Shown piece by piece: positions 22,166 to 24,211 of a stretch of 24,211 bases of DNA (within the stretch, counting starts at the first letter, position 1; each line of letters begins with the position of its first letter). A program made the position numbers and the translations under genes. The notes under the pieces were generated by a model. The model saw only the letters and a program-made list of their open reading frames with translations. It was not told the DNA's origin and searched no databases. Source of the DNA: a virus (Duplodnaviria; Caudoviricetes); the IMG/VR virus record IMGVR_UViG_3300017780_001408, positions 1 to 24,211 of that record. One strand, written 5' to 3'.

Positions 22166-22717
22166 ATGCCTGACATTCAAACTGAAATATTCACAAAGGT
22201 TTTACCAAAAATGCAACTCAATAACTTGAACTTTGACGATGACGTTGAAACCCAACAAACAGTCACAGTGGAGACATCTGACAAGTCCCTTAGCGTGATG
22301 CAACAGATATGGGAATTTGTCCACGTAAACCCAGGTCTGACCGCAGGTCAGATTTCCAAACAGATGGATGGGCAAACTCATACTGGCATCTCAACCAGAC
22401 TTAACCAACTGCTCAAAGCCAACAAGCTTATGCGCACCAAGAAACCTGACGAGTCCTATCGTTGGTTCAGCATTGGCGACACGTACCCCCGCATGGACAA
22501 GTCGGCCTCCCTTGCATTGGCAGTCAAAGCCCGACAAGAAAAGCTGGAACGTAAAGCAAAAGCTAAAGCAAAGAAGGCTGCAAAAGCAGAGGCTACACCG
22601 CAGGTAAATGTACGTGTACCGCCCAATGCGTGGGACGTAGACGCAATGTTGTCCAGGATGTCCATCACCCAGGCACGGGGGATGTATGACGCACTGAAGA
22701 AAATCTTTGGGGCGTGA
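22166..22717 (+). CDS. Winged-HTH DNA-binding protein
   Basis: 183 aa; QQIWEFV..NPGLTAGQI........ISTRLNQL.K...L.R; K/A-rich linker. Confidence 0.7.
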   Translation: MPDIQTEIFTKVLPKMQLNNLNFDDDVETQQTVTVETSDKSLSVMQQIWEFVHVNPGLTAGQISKQMDGQTHTGISTRLNQLLKANKLMRTKKPDESYRWFSIGDTYPRMDKSASLALAVKARQEKLERKAKAKAKKAAKAEATPQVNVRVPPNAWDVDAMLSRMSITQARGMYDALKKIFGA

Positions 22718-22718
22718 C

Positions 22719-22844
22719 ATGACTGAAACAGTCGTGACTGTGGTTCTGCTCGGCGCACTATGTGTGTCCGTAGCAGGGCTTGTACTGTATGCACTATCCG
22801 AAGTTTGGTTTTGGATGGACGAACAAGATCGGAGGGACAGATGA
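22719..22844 (+). CDS. Small single-TM membrane protein
   Basis: 41 aa MTETVVTVVLLGALCVSVAGLVLYALSEVWFWMDEQDRRDR, not in track; ATGA overlap with next gene. Confidence 0.6.
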   Translation: MTETVVTVVLLGALCVSVAGLVLYALSEVWFWMDEQDRRDR

Positions 22845-23134
22845 AAGACCCTGAAGATGAAGCGTTTGAAGAACTGTCTTTGAAGCAAGGCCAGTGGGAA
22901 CACACCAGCGGCTGGCGCAAGCGGCAGGTTTATGGGAAGTTGCTTGTGGATGCAGGGTGTGCTGAGCGCGGGTGCATTGGGTACGACCCCCGCGATGGTG
23001 ATGCAGTCCTAATGGCGACCCGTGATGAGGTATTGGAAGAGATAGCACAGCATCTGGAAACCAAATTCACAGGGCCGTTCGGTCGTGACACTGTGCAGAG
23101 TTTTGTTGCATACATCCGGGGGATGAAGCGATGA
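22841..23134 (+). CDS. Hypothetical protein
   Basis: 97 aa from ATG 22841; GGAGG RBS; FGRDTVQSFVAYIRGMK end. Confidence 0.7.
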   Translation: MKDPEDEAFEELSLKQGQWEHTSGWRKRQVYGKLLVDAGCAERGCIGYDPRDGDAVLMATRDEVLEEIAQHLETKFTGPFGRDTVQSFVAYIRGMKR

Positions 23135-23478
23135 GACCACCAAAGAACAAAGGTCGAAAGATCATCAAGATCAATGCCATATCACAAGCACAGTTGATCA
23201 AGGCAATGCTTGACGGTACGCTGACTTGCCAAGAGTTAGCAGAAGAAACCGGGCTGCACTATGTAACTGTTCTCCAGTACACAAGGGAACTACACGCTGC
23301 TGGCGCTGCCCATATCTGCTTGTGGGAGAAGGACACCCTTGGTCGTGACTCTGTCAAGGTGTACAAGATCGGTATAGGCAAGGACGCAAAGCGAGAGAAG
23401 ATGACGGGCGCAGAAAGACAAGCACGAAGCAGATCAAAGCGGTACAACATTGAAATGAATCAAAGGATGGCAGCATGA
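23131..23478 (+). CDS. HTH DNA-binding protein
   Basis: 115 aa; TCQELAEETGLHYVTVLQYTREL HTH; MTGAERQARSR motif. Confidence 0.75.
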   Translation: MRPPKNKGRKIIKINAISQAQLIKAMLDGTLTCQELAEETGLHYVTVLQYTRELHAAGAAHICLWEKDTLGRDSVKVYKIGIGKDAKREKMTGAERQARSRSKRYNIEMNQRMAA

Positions 23479-23705
23479 TGCGTTTGCCAAAGCCAGCAGA
23501 AACAAATGTCACGTATGAAAGACGGTACATCGGTAGTGTTTACACAGCAGAACAAATGCGTAAGTATGCCGCCAAAGCTGTTGCCAAAGAGCGTGAGGCG
23601 TGTGCCGAGATGTTGGATGCAGTTGCCTTAGCTTGCAATTCAGTAATCGTGCGGAGGATTTTGCAACAAAGCGCTCAAGCAATTCGAGCAAGGAAATGGT
23701 TATGA
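23475..23705 (+). CDS. Hypothetical protein
   Basis: 76 aa; YTAEQMRKYA, EREACA, AIRAR patterns common in phage small ORFs. Confidence 0.7.
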   Translation: MMRLPKPAETNVTYERRYIGSVYTAEQMRKYAAKAVAKEREACAEMLDAVALACNSVIVRRILQQSAQAIRARKWL

Positions 23706-23848
23706 CAAAAGAACAAGCATTACAAATCATCAAGCTGTTGTCAGCGGTTGAGTCATGGTCATATGCAGACAAGCGTCAGATGCCCGAGTATCTGTATGAG
23801 CGAATTGATGAAGCTATGAAACTGTTGGAACAAGAGGTGCTGAAATGA
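23702..23848 (+). CDS. Hypothetical protein
   Basis: 48 aa from ATG 23702; AAGGA RBS; ATGA overlaps. Confidence 0.65.
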   Translation: MTKEQALQIIKLLSAVESWSYADKRQMPEYLYERIDEAMKLLEQEVLK

Positions 23849-24072
23849 CACAAGATGAAATCATTGAGATGGCAAGACAAACATTGTCAAAGGACATTGA
23901 TGGTCTTTGGTTGGCAGGAACACCAGACCTTGAAGCCTTTGCCGCATTGGTGGAAGAAAAAGCCACAGCAATAGAGCGTGAGGCACTTAAACAAATCATT
24001 CGAGAAACACCATTTAGCAATTGGTTTCAAGCAGATGTGATTGAGGCCATAGATAAGAGGGGACAAGCATGA
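23845..24072 (+). CDS. Hypothetical protein
   Basis: 75 aa; GAGG RBS; MTQDEIIEMARQ, LEAFAALV pattern. Confidence 0.7.
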   Translation: MTQDEIIEMARQTLSKDIDGLWLAGTPDLEAFAALVEEKATAIEREALKQIIRETPFSNWFQADVIEAIDKRGQA

Positions 24073-24211
24073 CACCACAACAAATTGATGCCATGAAGAT
24101 GGCGCTGGAGAAGATTGCAAGAGTCAACGCAATGGACTACGAGTATCAAGGATGGGCAAGAGAAGCATTGGCAGAACACGCCATGCAAGAAGTGCAAAGA
24201 CTTGGGCAAGA
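24069..24211 (+). CDS. Hypothetical protein, truncated by window end
   Basis: ATGA overlap, AGGGG RBS; MTPQQIDAMKMALEKI... open to the end. Confidence 0.6.
   Translation, partial: MTPQQIDAMKMALEKIARVNAMDYEYQGWAREALAEHAMQEVQRLGQ

Noticed and set aside
1-24211. Diversity-generating retroelement, retron, integrase or alternative genetic code
   Set aside because: No reverse transcriptase, TR/VR pair or recombinase motif seen; genes are intact and tightly coupled under the standard code

Overview
Part of a tailed dsDNA bacteriophage genome (probably podovirus-like, proteobacterial host inferred from sigma70, IHF and boxA-like signals) spanning the point where two gene blocks diverge. Minus strand (1-10230), read from 10230 leftwards: Lys-rich small ORF, ribbon-helix-helix protein, terminase small and large subunits, portal, two small ORFs, scaffold, major capsid, small repeat protein, two head-tail adaptor-like proteins, a BppU-like protein and tail/fibre proteins. 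Plus strand (11250-24211): densely packed early/middle genes, including DUF6878/DUF6915-like genes, a MoxR-like AAA+ ATPase / DUF3150-like / HExxH-vWA module, an HNH endonuclease, Nmad5-like, DUF3310-like and wHTH proteins. The most striking content is non-coding: (i) a ~200-nt, promoter-bracketed, two-domain structured RNA candidate (cloverleaf plus pseudoknotted junction) directly upstream of the packaging genes; (ii) a ~560-nt structured ORF-free leader on the early side; (iii) an iteron/IHF origin-like region with a strong promoter firing into it; (iv) a thrice-repeated RNA motif in the scaffold leader; (v) an H-type pseudoknot. All family calls are from motif recognition by eye; no database search or folding program was run.
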